From the NCBI GenBank assembly GCA_965204535.1, contig OZ241996.1:1344001-1408000 (forward strand): a DNA stretch of 64,000 bases, given 5' to 3'. The stretch is from a bacterium. GTDB lineage: Bacteria > UBA8248. Numbering within the stretch: position 1 is the first letter of the stretch; the number at the start of each line of letters is the position of its first letter. Below are positions 1-9,742 of this stretch, piece by piece. Under the pieces are notes generated by a model. That model was not told the DNA's origin. It ran no database searches and was given only the letters and a program-made list of their open reading frames with translations. The position numbers and the translations under genes were made by a program.

Positions 1-599
1 GCCATCAATTCAGGAACAAGGTGGATGCCATCCTGGTAGGCGTGGAGACAGTACTGAAGGACGACCCGTTGCTCACCGCGCGGCCAAGTGGCGCCGAGGG
101 CAAGCCGCTCATGAGAGTCGTGCTGGACTCGAAACTCAGGACGCCCGCCCATGCCCGCATACTGGTGCCCCGGTCGGGAAGTTCCACCATCCTTGTGGCC
201 ACCGACGCGGCGCCCCCGGCGAAGGAAGAGGCGCTGCGCGAAGCGGGTGCGGAAATCATTCGAGGGGAAGCGGACCCCGAAGGCCGGGTGTCGCTCGCTC
301 CGCTTTTGGAGTTGTTGGGAAGCCGCGGCGTTCGCCATATCCTTGTGGAAGGCGGCGGGCGGATGCACGGTTCCTTCCTTCGGGAAGGCCTGGCGGATCG
401 GCTCCTGTATTTTCTGGCGCCCCTCGTAGTGGGGGACCATGAGGCGCCGGGCGCGGTTTCAGGCCTTGATGAAGAGAAATTGCAATCTCTGCCCGGGTTA
501 TTTAATGTAACACATGAAGTTATGGGGAGTGATTTGTTGATTCAAGGATATTTCAAAAGACCGATTTGGAAAGATGTTGAGGAGTGGACAGGTGTTTAG
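1..599 (+). CDS. ribD: RibD riboflavin deaminase/reductase, C-terminal reductase part (5'-truncated by window edge)
   Basis: DAILVGVETVLKDDPLLTAR, RVVLDS and ILVEGGG motifs; first gene of the rib cluster. Confidence 0.93.
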   Translation, partial: HQFRNKVDAILVGVETVLKDDPLLTARPSGAEGKPLMRVVLDSKLRTPAHARILVPRSGSSTILVATDAAPPAKEEALREAGAEIIRGEADPEGRVSLAPLLELLGSRGVRHILVEGGGRMHGSFLREGLADRLLYFLAPLVVGDHEAPGAVSGLDEEKLQSLPGLFNVTHEVMGSDLLIQGYFKRPIWKDVEEWTGV

Positions 600-1242
600 C
601 GGAATTGTTGAGGCCATCGGCGCGATTCGTGCATTGAAAAAAGACGCCAAAGGCGCGCGGATCACCATCGAGGCGCCGGGCGTTTTGGGCGGCGTGCGGC
701 TCGGCGATTCGATTGCGCTCAATGGTGCCTGCATAACGGTTGTTGATTTTGACGACAGGAAGTTTGAAGCCGATTTGTCCGTCGAGACGCTGAGGCGTAC
801 GAATCTGGGAGAACTGGTCGTCGGCGACCGATGCAACCTCGAGCGCGCCATGGCGCTGGGAGAACGCCTCGGCGGGCATCTTGTGAGCGGTCATGTGGAC
901 GGCGTGGGAAGGATAAAGAGCAGAAAAAATGAGGGCGACTCGATTTGGCTCACATTCGAGGCTCCGGTGGAGGTGATGCGCTATGTCGTCTATAAAGGTT
1001 CTGTTGCGGTCGATGGAATCAGTTTGACGGTGGCGGCGTGTGATGGTGAGACTTTTTCGGTGTCGATCATCCCGCATACGAGCGAGCAAACGACGCTCAC
1101 GGAGAAGGAAGATGGCGCCGCTGTGAACCTGGAGGCGGATTTGATCGGGAAATACGTGGAGAAGCTGCTCGCGCCCCACGCGGATTCGAGGTCTCGAGAC
1201 GGCATCACGATGGAAAAGTTAAAGGAGCAAGGCTATGCCTGA
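592..1242 (+). CDS. ribE: Riboflavin synthase (alpha chain)
   Basis: GTG at 592 after AGGAG gives MFSGIVE; GDSIALNGACITV, GGHLVSGHVDG and KGSVAVDGISLTV motifs. Confidence 0.95.
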   Translation: MFSGIVEAIGAIRALKKDAKGARITIEAPGVLGGVRLGDSIALNGACITVVDFDDRKFEADLSVETLRRTNLGELVVGDRCNLERAMALGERLGGHLVSGHVDGVGRIKSRKNEGDSIWLTFEAPVEVMRYVVYKGSVAVDGISLTVAACDGETFSVSIIPHTSEQTTLTEKEDGAAVNLEADLIGKYVEKLLAPHADSRSRDGITMEKLKEQGYA

Positions 1243-2467
1243 GCCGGGGGAGGAAAGAAACTTCGACGAAAATCCTTTCTCGACGATTGAAGAGGCAATC
1301 GGCGATATTAGCGAGGGGCGCATCGTCGTCCTCGTGGATGATGAGGATCGTGAAAACGAGGGCGATTTCATCCTCGCGGCCGAGAAGGTGACTCCGGAAG
1401 TAATCAACTTCATGACGAAACACGCGCGCGGTTTGGTTTGCCTCGCGCTCACGCCCGAGAAAGTGGAATCTCTGGGGCTTCCCATGATGGTGCCCAGCGG
1501 CGAGAACGGCTCCGCCTTCGGCACGGCTTTTACGGTTTCCATCGAGGCTCGCGAAGGCGTTACGACGGGCATCAGCGCTTTCGACAGGGCCCACACCATA
1601 CAAACCGCAATCCAGGAAGACGCCAGGCCGTCGGACCTGGTGACGCCCGGCCACGTTTTCCCGCTGCGGGCACAGCCGGGGGGCGTACTCCGGCGAGCGG
1701 GCCACACAGAGGGCACGGTGGATCTGGCCCGCCTGGCCGGCCTGCAGCCCGCGGGTGTTCTCTGCGAGGTCTTGAATGAAGACGGCTCGATGGCGCGTCT
1801 GCCCAACCTGCGGAAGATAGCGAAAAAAAATAATCTCTCCCTCGTGACCATCAAGGATCTTATCGCTTACCGCATGCGGCATGATCGTCTCGTGGAGCGT
1901 GTGGAGGAGGCTGAGATGCCGACGGCGTTCGGCACTTTCAAGGTATATGCGTACCACAATCAAAGCAGCGGCAGGATTCACGCCGCTTTGGTGATGGGCG
2001 AGTTGAACCCCGACGAACCCACCCATATTCGAGTGCAGCCGGTGAACGCCATCTGGGACTTGTTGGCGCTTTTGCGCTCTGATTGCCCGGACAGGATCAG
2101 AAACGCGCTGGCCAAGATTCAGGAGGCGGGCAAGGGGGTGTTGGTCTTCTTGCAGCCCGATTCGATGGGAGAGGAATTTTCCAGAAAAGAGAAGGTTTCC
2201 CCCGGCCCGCGTGAGGTGGAGCAGAAAATCGGGATCAAGAGCGCGCCGCTCGAAGGGTTGCGCGATTACGGCATCGGGGCCCAAATACTCGTCGATTTGG
2301 GCTTGCGGCGGATTCGGATCATGACGAACGATGAGCGCAGGATTGTGGCGCTCGAAGGCTATGGCCTCGAACTCGAAGACAGAGTGGCGGTGGACATGGA
2401 GCCGCCCTTGCCGTCTTTGCAAAAGAAGAGGAAGGACGGCAGGGAATCCTACTTGCAGCGTCCGTAA
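1235..2467 (+). CDS. ribB: DHBP synthase fused to a degenerate GTP cyclohydrolase II-like domain (RibBX type)
   Basis: Intact RibB motifs DDEDRENEGD, TTGISAFDRA, PGHVFPL and GHTEG; C-terminal domain lacks HSECxTGD...CDC and QEGRGIG but keeps RDYGIGAQIL. Confidence 0.88.
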   Translation: MPEPGEERNFDENPFSTIEEAIGDISEGRIVVLVDDEDRENEGDFILAAEKVTPEVINFMTKHARGLVCLALTPEKVESLGLPMMVPSGENGSAFGTAFTVSIEAREGVTTGISAFDRAHTIQTAIQEDARPSDLVTPGHVFPLRAQPGGVLRRAGHTEGTVDLARLAGLQPAGVLCEVLNEDGSMARLPNLRKIAKKNNLSLVTIKDLIAYRMRHDRLVERVEEAEMPTAFGTFKVYAYHNQSSGRIHAALVMGELNPDEPTHIRVQPVNAIWDLLALLRSDCPDRIRNALAKIQEAGKGVLVFLQPDSMGEEFSRKEKVSPGPREVEQKIGIKSAPLEGLRDYGIGAQILVDLGLRRIRIMTNDERRIVALEGYGLELEDRVAVDMEPPLPSLQKKRKDGRESYLQRP

Positions 2468-2487
2468 CATAGGGGTGTGGAGAGGAA

Positions 2488-2988
2488 ATGGATAATCCGG
2501 TGACGGGCGATCTGAACGGGCGGGGACTGCGGATCGGCCTCGTCTCGTCGCGCTTCAACGATTTCATCGTGACGCACCTCGTCCGGGGGGCCGAGACGGC
2601 TTTGCGGCAATGCGGCGTATCCGGGGCCGATATTGCGCTCGTGCAGGTGCCGGGTTCGTTCGAGCTTCCGGCGGCCGCGATGAGGATGGCGAAATCGCAG
2701 AAATATGACGCCATCGTATGCCTGGGCTGCGTGATACGGGGCGCAACATCTCACTACGATCTGGTGTGCGCCGAGGCGACGAAGGGCATCGCCCAGGTGG
2801 GTGCTCAGACGGGAGTGCCGACCATTTTCGCCGTCGTCACGACGGACACGATTGAGCAAGCCATCGAGCGCTCAGGAACGAAGATGGGAAACAAGGGATA
2901 CGAGGGCGGGCTGGCGGCCGTGGAGATGGCGAACTTGTTTTCGAAAATGGATGAGGATGGGAACGACGCTCCCGAAGAGGGAAAGTGA
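2488..2988 (+). CDS. ribH: 6,7-dimethyl-8-ribityllumazine synthase
   Basis: SRFN, VPGSFELP, LGCVIRGATSHYD and GNKG motifs. Confidence 0.96.
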   Translation: MDNPVTGDLNGRGLRIGLVSSRFNDFIVTHLVRGAETALRQCGVSGADIALVQVPGSFELPAAAMRMAKSQKYDAIVCLGCVIRGATSHYDLVCAEATKGIAQVGAQTGVPTIFAVVTTDTIEQAIERSGTKMGNKGYEGGLAAVEMANLFSKMDEDGNDAPEEGK

Positions 2989-3401
2989 TGGTGGAGAACA
3001 GAAAGGCGGGACGAGAGCTTGCGTTTCAAATCCTGTATCACACCGACCGCACCGCAAGTCTTACGCCGGAGGAAGTGGAGCGCTATTGGCGGTTGCATCC
3101 GGCGGATGAGAGTTCAAAAATGTTCGCCAACAGGTTGATGGCGCTCATTCTGGAGAAAGACCGGCAGATTAACGATTTGCTCAACGAAGCGAGCGAGAGT
3201 TGGTCGCTGGAGCGCATGGATGCCGTATCGAGGAGCATATTGCGTTTGGGCGTTTGTGAAATGTACTTTGTGTTGGATATCCCGCCCGCGGTCACGATGG
3301 ATGAAGCGATTCGCCTGGCCAAACGATACGGGCCGGAAAATGCGCCCGGCTTCGTGAACGGTATTCTGGATCGCCTCTATCAAGAGAAAACGGCGGTATA
3401 A
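2985..3401 (+). CDS. nusB: Transcription antitermination factor NusB
   Basis: RELAFQILY, WSLERM, DEAIRLAKRYG and FVNGILD motifs; follows ribH. Confidence 0.93.
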   Translation: MMVENRKAGRELAFQILYHTDRTASLTPEEVERYWRLHPADESSKMFANRLMALILEKDRQINDLLNEASESWSLERMDAVSRSILRLGVCEMYFVLDIPPAVTMDEAIRLAKRYGPENAPGFVNGILDRLYQEKTAV

Positions 3402-3404
3402 GAG

Positions 3405-3959
3405 GTGATACGACTTCGCTTGTTTCCCCAGGGACTGCATGAGGTGAAAAGTTTTGCCGCCGTTTGCATGTTCGCGGTGGAGCATTTTCCGTTTCAAGGG
3501 CGATTGCTGCAAATCGACCGCTTGCTGGAGAGCGAGGTGAGCGGTCTCATCGAGCAGGGCAAATTGAGCGGCGCTTGGGAGTCGCAAGCCATGTTTGCCT
3601 CGAAGGGGCGGCTCGCGCCTGAGTATGTGTTGTTCGCAGGTGTCGGCTCTATGGAGGACTTGACCCTCACAAAGCTCTACCGGCATGCGAAGGATATTTT
3701 TGGAAGGATGATGAGGGCGTCGGCGAAGAATTTATCGATGCAGGTTTCCGGTTTCGCACAGCTTCCCGATGACTTCACTCCCGTGGCCACGGAGATTATG
3801 AACGGTGCGATACGAGGCGTCATCGGAAATCCCTGGGATGTCGATATTCTTGTTTGCGAACCAGATGATGAGAAATATGACGAATTGATTATGCTGAGTG
3901 AGCAAATTGCTTTCAGCAGTGTGAAGAATCGTGAACTCTCCTTGGAGGTTTTGATTTGA
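3405..3959 (+). CDS. Stand-alone peptidase M17 N-terminal-domain-like protein
   Basis: IDRLLESEVSGLIEQGKLSG...GRLAPEYVLFAGVG resembles the non-catalytic N-domain of leucyl aminopeptidases; no catalytic domain; tightly coupled to both neighbours. Confidence 0.55.
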   Translation: MIRLRLFPQGLHEVKSFAAVCMFAVEHFPFQGRLLQIDRLLESEVSGLIEQGKLSGAWESQAMFASKGRLAPEYVLFAGVGSMEDLTLTKLYRHAKDIFGRMMRASAKNLSMQVSGFAQLPDDFTPVATEIMNGAIRGVIGNPWDVDILVCEPDDEKYDELIMLSEQIAFSSVKNRELSLEVLI

Positions 3960-4492
3960 GCGGGGCGCCTTTGAGGATAGTTCACGATATCCGTTTCGCT
4001 CTGCTGCTATGCATTTTTCTGTCAGCGGGCTGCGGCTACGAACTCGAAGGAACCTTACGGCCCAAGAAACTCGAAACAGTGCAGACCATTTCGATATCAC
4101 CATTCCTGAACCATACGGACGAGCCGGGCCTTGGACGCGCCGTTACGAAAGCGATGAGAGGAAGGTTCCTGCGGGACGGCCGCCTCCGGGTTTCCGACTC
4201 TCCCGATGCGGACGTCGCTCTCGAAGGTGTTGTGCGCGAATATCGTCTCTCTCCAATCGGCTTCACCCAGGCTGACAGGGTTCAGCGATACCGCGTCGTG
4301 GTGCGCACGCGAATACGTCTGCACGACAAAGGGCGGAAGAAATTGCTCATCAATCAGGATTTGGAGTCTTATGCCGAATTCGCTGTCTCATCTTCTATTG
4401 CGCAAAGTGACATGAGCCGCTCGAACGCCCATCAACAAGTGGCCGACTCTTTGTCGAAAGACGTCGTCAGCCTTGTGTTAGAGGGTTTTTAG
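3956..4492 (+). CDS. lptE: LPS assembly lipoprotein LptE
   Basis: Lipobox LSAGC followed by GY; PFLNHT.EPGL motif; directly upstream of holA. Confidence 0.82.
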   Translation: MSGAPLRIVHDIRFALLLCIFLSAGCGYELEGTLRPKKLETVQTISISPFLNHTDEPGLGRAVTKAMRGRFLRDGRLRVSDSPDADVALEGVVREYRLSPIGFTQADRVQRYRVVVRTRIRLHDKGRKKLLINQDLESYAEFAVSSSIAQSDMSRSNAHQQVADSLSKDVVSLVLEGF

Positions 4493-4493
4493 A

Positions 4494-5537
4494 TTGGCCT
4501 CGGGCCGAAAAAAGCCAAAAAGTTCTCTGGCAGCGCTCTCCGATGTCCAAAACGCGCCGACGCAACCCGTATACCTTTTGGAAGGCAAAGACTCTTTTTT
4601 GCGGGATGAATACCTGCGCGTCATTCGACGCAAGGTTCTTGGGGACGGGCCGGATGATTTCACCCATGACCGTTTCGACTGGGCCGAGGCCGATGCGCCC
4701 GCCATCATCACCATCGCCCAGACGATGCCGTTTATGGCAGAGAAGCGCCTCATCGAAATCCTCAATTTCACCAGGCCGGGCGAGAGGGATGAGTCCATCT
4801 TTCTCTCTTATCTCGAGCACCCATCCGCGTCCACGGTTCTGGTCTTTTGCGTCGAAAACGTCGACATGCGCACCACTTTCTTCCAACGCCTGGTGAAGGC
4901 GAGCGTGCATTGTCGGGTAGATATCCTGGAGGGGGAGGAATTAAAGAAATGGCTTCACGGGCGCGCCGTGGAGTTGGGGTTCGAGTTGCGACCGGAGGCC
5001 GCCGATATGTTGGTCGCCATGGTCAAACCCTCAATGATGAGGCTCAGCACCGAACTCGAGAAAATCGCTTCCTATTTGATGCCGGGAACGGTGGCCGGTG
5101 CGGAGGAGATTCGCGAAATCGTCGGCCACTCCAGAGAAGAATTGCTCTATAAGCTGGGCGATTCACTCAGCCAGGGGAGTTTGGGTGGAACCCTCGTTCT
5201 CTTGCGCCGGATGATGGAAACCGAACATCCCGTCGTTTTCATCGGGTTGTTGCGTAATTTGATTCGGCGTTGGACGATTTCAAAGTCCTTGATTAGAAGT
5301 GGCCGGGGCGCCCAGGGAATCTCTCAGACGCTGGGTCTGCAGCCCTTTGTGGCGAGGAGGCTCGAGAGTCAGGTCAGGGGATTGCGTTCCGCTTACTTGC
5401 GCGAGTTATACGGGAAGCTGCTTCAGGTGGACCGCAAGCTCAAGCGGACGAGCGACATGAAGGTCGCCCGTCAGACGCTGGAATTGTTTTTGGTGGATGT
5501 GCGATCCTCCAGAAGCGGGCCGCACAAGGTTGTTTAG
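4494..5537 (+). CDS. holA: DNA polymerase III delta subunit
   Basis: PVYLLEG, TMPFMAEKRL, ELEKI and D..LK motifs; lptE-holA-rpsT synteny. Confidence 0.9.
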   Translation: MASGRKKPKSSLAALSDVQNAPTQPVYLLEGKDSFLRDEYLRVIRRKVLGDGPDDFTHDRFDWAEADAPAIITIAQTMPFMAEKRLIEILNFTRPGERDESIFLSYLEHPSASTVLVFCVENVDMRTTFFQRLVKASVHCRVDILEGEELKKWLHGRAVELGFELRPEAADMLVAMVKPSMMRLSTELEKIASYLMPGTVAGAEEIREIVGHSREELLYKLGDSLSQGSLGGTLVLLRRMMETEHPVVFIGLLRNLIRRWTISKSLIRSGRGAQGISQTLGLQPFVARRLESQVRGLRSAYLRELYGKLLQVDRKLKRTSDMKVARQTLELFLVDVRSSRSGPHKVV

Positions 5538-5795
5538 TTATTTCGAAGAGGCCGCATGAACCCGCTTGGCCAATCTTCCCGCGTGTCTCGACGCTGTTTT
5601 TTTGTGGATAATTCCTTTGGTGGCTGCGCGATCCAATTGCGACTGGGCTTTTCTCAGCAACTCTTCGGGGTTTTCTTCGCTATTCGCCAGGACTTGTTTG
5701 ATGGTATTGCGAAATTGAGTCCGAATAGCGCGGTTTCTGGCGCGGCGAACGATATTCTGGCGATTGCGCTTCTTGGCCGAACGAATATGTGGCAA
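5538..5795 (-). CDS. rpsT: 30S ribosomal protein S20
   Basis: TTG start with GGAGA RBS; SAKKR.RQ...R.RN and KGIIHKKTASR motifs. Confidence 0.96.
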   Translation of the reverse strand: MPHIRSAKKRNRQNIVRRARNRAIRTQFRNTIKQVLANSEENPEELLRKAQSQLDRAATKGIIHKKTASRHAGRLAKRVHAASSK

Positions 5796-5858
5796 TTTGT
5801 TTCATTCTCCGTAAAGATGGTTGAAATGTCTCTCTTGAGGCTGTTTCACAGCCCCGGT

Positions 5859-5886
5859 AAAATACCACGGAACAAAGGGTTGTCAA
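5859..5886 (-). promoter_or_regulatory. Putative sigma70 promoter for rpsT
   Basis: Minus strand TTGACA-16 nt-TATTTT with TG just upstream of the -10 element. Confidence 0.5.
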
Positions 5887-5913
5887 GCTCACCGCCCTGG
5901 TGTCAGGAACCCT

Positions 5914-7593
5914 GTGACCACGCCACCTGAATCCTCTAATCCGGGACGAGAAGAAAATACTTTTGCCGCTGCGCCGGCAGGGAATGGCGATTCCTCGCCG
6001 GAGGAGAGTATTTCCAGGTTTGCGGGTCCCGTTAGCTTGGCCACTCTCCTCAGTCGCGTTGCGGGTTTTTTCCGGGATTTGCTCATCGCCAAATTTTTTG
6101 GCGCCGCGATGATGGCCGATGCCTTTTTTGTCGCATTTGCGATTCCCAATCTTTTCAGGCGCATGTTCATGGAAGGGGCTCTGAGTTCCTCGTTTCTTCC
6201 TGTTTACTCCGATGTGCGAGAGCAATCCGGGATCAAAGAAGCAAAAAAATTCGCCGGCGGCATGTTGGTGTTTCTCATCTTCGCAGGGAGTGCGGGCTGC
6301 GCGATAGGGATTTGGTTCGCTGACCCTTTGATGAGAGTGCTGGCGCCTGGTTTTTCGAGCAACCCGGAAAAACTGGATCTCGCGGCGCAACTCACCAGAA
6401 TTATGTTTCCGTTCATTGTTTTTATCGGGCTGTGGGCGGTCGCAGCCGGTATGTTGAACGCGGCGCGCCGCTTTTTCGTGCCTGCTTTCGCACCCGCGCT
6501 CCAGAACGTGGTTATCATCTTTGCTCTTTTGCTGGCGGATTTTTGGGCAAACAGGGCGGAAGCCATCCGTTGGCTCGCCTGGGCCGTCGTCATTGGCGGG
6601 GCGACGCAGTTTTTCTTCCAACTCCCCTTCATGGGGAAATTGCGAATTTTACCGCTTCCCTCTATTCCCTGGAGGGTGGAGGGTGTCGGTAGATGCCTGG
6701 CGCTGATGGGGCCGGCGGCTCTTGGCGGTGTTGTTTTTCAGGTCAATGTTCTCGTTGACAGGTGGCTGGCTTCGTTCCTGGCGGAAGGCTCCATTTCTTA
6801 TCTCTACTATGCGAACCGATTGGTTCAGCTCCCTCATGGCATATTGAGTCTCGCGGTGGTGTCCGCCGTTTTGCCGGTTTTGTCTGATTATGCGGCGCAA
6901 AACAGGGAAAATTCTGTATCGGGAGATTCCGAGCGGGGCGCCATGCTCGAGGCGGGGAGGCTGACGCTGTTCATCACCATTCCCTCTTCATTCGGCCTGA
7001 TGGTTTTAGCCCACCCGATCATGGAGGTTATTTTCGAGCGGGGCGCCTTTACGCAAAGCCATACCGCTGCGAGCGCAGCCGCTTTGCGGGCGTATGCGGC
7101 AGGGTTGATGTTTTTCGGGATCACGAGACTTTTGGCCGGGGTGTTTCACGCTCGATTGAACACGAGTTTTCCGGTGAAGTGCGCCAATATCACTGTCCTC
7201 GCCAACGTGGTACTCAGCGTCGCCCTGATGTTCCCTCTCGGGTTTATCGGCCTCGCGCTCGCCACGTCGTGCTCAAGCGCCTTAAACGCGGTGCTGTTGC
7301 TGCGGGGCGTCATGCGCGAGTGGAGCGATTTTCCGAAAAAGGAGTTGGCTCATTCCCTGAGCAGGCTTCTGGTGCTTGGAATCTTGACGGGGGTTCTCGC
7401 ATATTTCATCCATCTGCAACTCGTTCATCTGCAATTGTGGGATGCGCAGCACTCGTCGGCCCTTAAATTGGCGATGATGATGCTCGAGGTATCCCTGGCC
7501 GCCTGCTTCTATATTTTCATGGCGAAAAAAATCGATGCTTCTTCATATGAAACCTGGTGCCGTTTCACTCGCCTCACATGGAGAAAATCTTGA
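5914..7593 (+). CDS. murJ: Lipid II flippase MurJ
   Basis: SRVAGFFRD, ADAFFVAFAIPNLFRRMFMEGA and LYYANRLVQLP motifs; many TM helices. Confidence 0.95.
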   Translation: MTTPPESSNPGREENTFAAAPAGNGDSSPEESISRFAGPVSLATLLSRVAGFFRDLLIAKFFGAAMMADAFFVAFAIPNLFRRMFMEGALSSSFLPVYSDVREQSGIKEAKKFAGGMLVFLIFAGSAGCAIGIWFADPLMRVLAPGFSSNPEKLDLAAQLTRIMFPFIVFIGLWAVAAGMLNAARRFFVPAFAPALQNVVIIFALLLADFWANRAEAIRWLAWAVVIGGATQFFFQLPFMGKLRILPLPSIPWRVEGVGRCLALMGPAALGGVVFQVNVLVDRWLASFLAEGSISYLYYANRLVQLPHGILSLAVVSAVLPVLSDYAAQNRENSVSGDSERGAMLEAGRLTLFITIPSSFGLMVLAHPIMEVIFERGAFTQSHTAASAAALRAYAAGLMFFGITRLLAGVFHARLNTSFPVKCANITVLANVVLSVALMFPLGFIGLALATSCSSALNAVLLLRGVMREWSDFPKKELAHSLSRLLVLGILTGVLAYFIHLQLVHLQLWDAQHSSALKLAMMMLEVSLAACFYIFMAKKIDASSYETWCRFTRLTWRKS

Positions 7594-7610
7594 GCAATGG
7601 GGATCAAGCG

Positions 7611-8564
7611 GTGACAAAGGAAAAGTTTTCGACTGAAGAGCACGAAAAAAATAATCAGGTTTCGCTGGATACGAGCCTGGTCGATATTTTAAGAACTTTC
7701 AGGGATTTCCTTCTTATCGAGCGCCGCCGTGCGGTGAATACCGTCGAGAGTTACGGGCGCGACGTCGAATCGTTTTTCTATTGGCTCCAGGAAAACGAGG
7801 ACGTTTCACCGGCGAATTGGTCGAAGAGCATCGTCATTGATTATCTCAAGGATAAGCGGGAGAAGGGGAAATCGGACACCACGCTGCGGCGGCACTTGGC
7901 GTCCATTCGCGCGCTCGCCAGATTGTTGGTTCGCGACGGGTACGCAAAGGAGGATTTTACGGCGGACATTGCGCAACCTGCAAAATGGAAACGTTTGCCC
8001 AAGACCCTTTCGCAAGAAGAGATGTCAAAGATTTTGCTGGCGCCTGACGGCAAAACACCGCAGGCGGTGCGGGATAAGGCGATGTTCGAGCTTTTGTACG
8101 CCACCGGCATGCGCGTCAGTGAGATCATTCGACTCAAACTCAACCAAATTGAACTTGAATCGGGTTTTTGCATTGTTCACGGAAAGGGAGATAAGTCCCG
8201 GCTTGTTCCCATAGGAGATGCAGCGAAAGATATGCTTGCGGATTATCTTGGCGCCGCTCGACAAAGTCTGCTACGCGCCCGGAAATCGGATTATGTGTTT
8301 CTCACGGGCCGGGGAGGACCCATGACCCGTCAAGCTTTTTGGGCGCGGGTCAAGAGATGGGCCAAAGAAGCAGGTGTGGGCAAAAGCGTGAGTCCCCATG
8401 TGTTTCGACACAGCTTTGCAACTCATTTGCTCAATCACGGGGCCGATCTGCGGGCCGTTCAGGCGATGCTCGGGCATTCGGATATTTCCACCACCGAGGT
8501 CTACACGCATGTTGATAGAGAAAAACTGCGGGGACTCTTGGACAAGAGCCACCCGAGGGGGTAG
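7611..8564 (+). CDS. xerD: Tyrosine recombinase XerD (start approximate)
   Basis: LYATGMRVSE, GKGDKSR, MTRQAFW, PHVFRHSFATHLL, VQAMLGH and catalytic Tyr in TEVYTHV. Confidence 0.92.
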   Translation: MTKEKFSTEEHEKNNQVSLDTSLVDILRTFRDFLLIERRRAVNTVESYGRDVESFFYWLQENEDVSPANWSKSIVIDYLKDKREKGKSDTTLRRHLASIRALARLLVRDGYAKEDFTADIAQPAKWKRLPKTLSQEEMSKILLAPDGKTPQAVRDKAMFELLYATGMRVSEIIRLKLNQIELESGFCIVHGKGDKSRLVPIGDAAKDMLADYLGAARQSLLRARKSDYVFLTGRGGPMTRQAFWARVKRWAKEAGVGKSVSPHVFRHSFATHLLNHGADLRAVQAMLGHSDISTTEVYTHVDREKLRGLLDKSHPRG

Positions 8565-8587
8565 GAAATAAAAATAAAGTTCTTTTG

Positions 8588-8616
8588 TTGACGCCTGAAA
8601 TTCTGGGGCGTACGAT
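8588..8616 (+). promoter_or_regulatory. Putative sigma70 promoter for phoH-pgpH-ybeY
   Basis: TTGACG-17 nt-TACGAT preceded by an A/T-rich tract. Confidence 0.6.
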
Positions 8617-8653
8617 CAAATGGCGCATGGAGCTTGGATTTTCTTTTCGAAAG

Positions 8654-9643
8654 ATGACACATGCAAATACGGGGAGCCTGAATCTTTTGGCGACAAGGAT
8701 GTCTGCAAGCCCGCTGGCCGGGCCGGATAGGCTGGTTCATATCATTGGGAATCGGGATGAATCTCTCAAGGCCGTAGAGAGGGCGTTTAACGTAAAAGTC
8801 AGACTTGCGTCAGAGGGGTTCGTAGTTGAAGGCCCGCCCGATGCCGCCGAGAAGGCCCGACTGTTCCTGGATGAGTTGACGGAATGCGTGGAGGAGGGAT
8901 TTCGGTTCGATCCGTTGAACGTCAAGACGCTGGCGCAGGCCGTTGCGGTTGAGCAAGACGTTACGCTTCGTTCCCTGGTGACGAATCGGATATCGGTTTC
9001 ATCGAAGAAACGATACGTCGTTCCCAAGGGCCCGGTCCAGAGTGAATACATAAGGGCGATTCGCGAAAAGGGAGTGACATTCGGAATCGGGCCGGCCGGA
9101 ACGGGGAAAACCTATCTGGCCATGGCTTTGGCGGTTTCCGGGTTGCTGGAGAAGGCATACGCTCGCATTGTGTTGACGAGGCCGGTTGTGGAGGCAGGCG
9201 AGAAGCTCGGGTTTTTGCCTGGTGATTTGCAGGAGAAGGTGAACCCATATCTCAGGCCGCTGTTTGACGCGCTGAACGATATGGTGGAATTCGAACGGGT
9301 GGAGCGTTTCATTCAAAGGGGTGAGATAGAGATAGCGCCGCTCGCATATATGAGGGGCCGTTCGCTGAATGATTCTTTCATCATATTGGATGAAGCGCAG
9401 AACACGACGCCCGAGCAGATGAAAATGTTCCTCACCCGCCTCGGCACCCGAAGCAAAGCGGTCGTAACGGGGGACATTACGCAAATCGATTTGCCCGAAA
9501 CTTCCGGTTGCGGGCTGATTCACGCTCAAGACGTTTTGGGAGATTTAGAAGAAGTTTGTTTCGTCTATTTCAGCGAACGAGATGTGGTTCGCACGCAATT
9601 GGTGAGAAAAATCGTTTCTGCATACGAGGCCCACAGTTTATAG
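8654..9643 (+). CDS. PhoH-family ATPase, YbeZ-like (start approximate)
   Basis: GPAGTGKT, RPVVEAGEKLGFLPGD, LAYMRGR, LDEAQN and GDITQIDL motifs. Confidence 0.93.
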   Translation: MTHANTGSLNLLATRMSASPLAGPDRLVHIIGNRDESLKAVERAFNVKVRLASEGFVVEGPPDAAEKARLFLDELTECVEEGFRFDPLNVKTLAQAVAVEQDVTLRSLVTNRISVSSKKRYVVPKGPVQSEYIRAIREKGVTFGIGPAGTGKTYLAMALAVSGLLEKAYARIVLTRPVVEAGEKLGFLPGDLQEKVNPYLRPLFDALNDMVEFERVERFIQRGEIEIAPLAYMRGRSLNDSFIILDEAQNTTPEQMKMFLTRLGTRSKAVVTGDITQIDLPETSGCGLIHAQDVLGDLEEVCFVYFSERDVVRTQLVRKIVSAYEAHSL

Positions 9644-9742
9644 GCGAGTTCTCCGAAGAGTGCTTGCAATGCCGGGGGCGTTCACATATAGCCGATACGT
9701 CCACGATCCCTTCATAACTGAAGGATTCTGGAGATTGATCGC

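Noticed and set aside
1205-2470. Long antisense ORFs (also 5680-6621, 26724-28019, 30020-31192, 41859-42698, 51339-52151, 57790-58887)
   Set aside because: They are shadows of well-conserved sense genes in GC-rich codon usage and carry no motifs of their own.
7611-8564. Tyrosine recombinase as a phage or island integrase
   Set aside because: It has XerD-specific motifs, typical XerD length and a housekeeping context.
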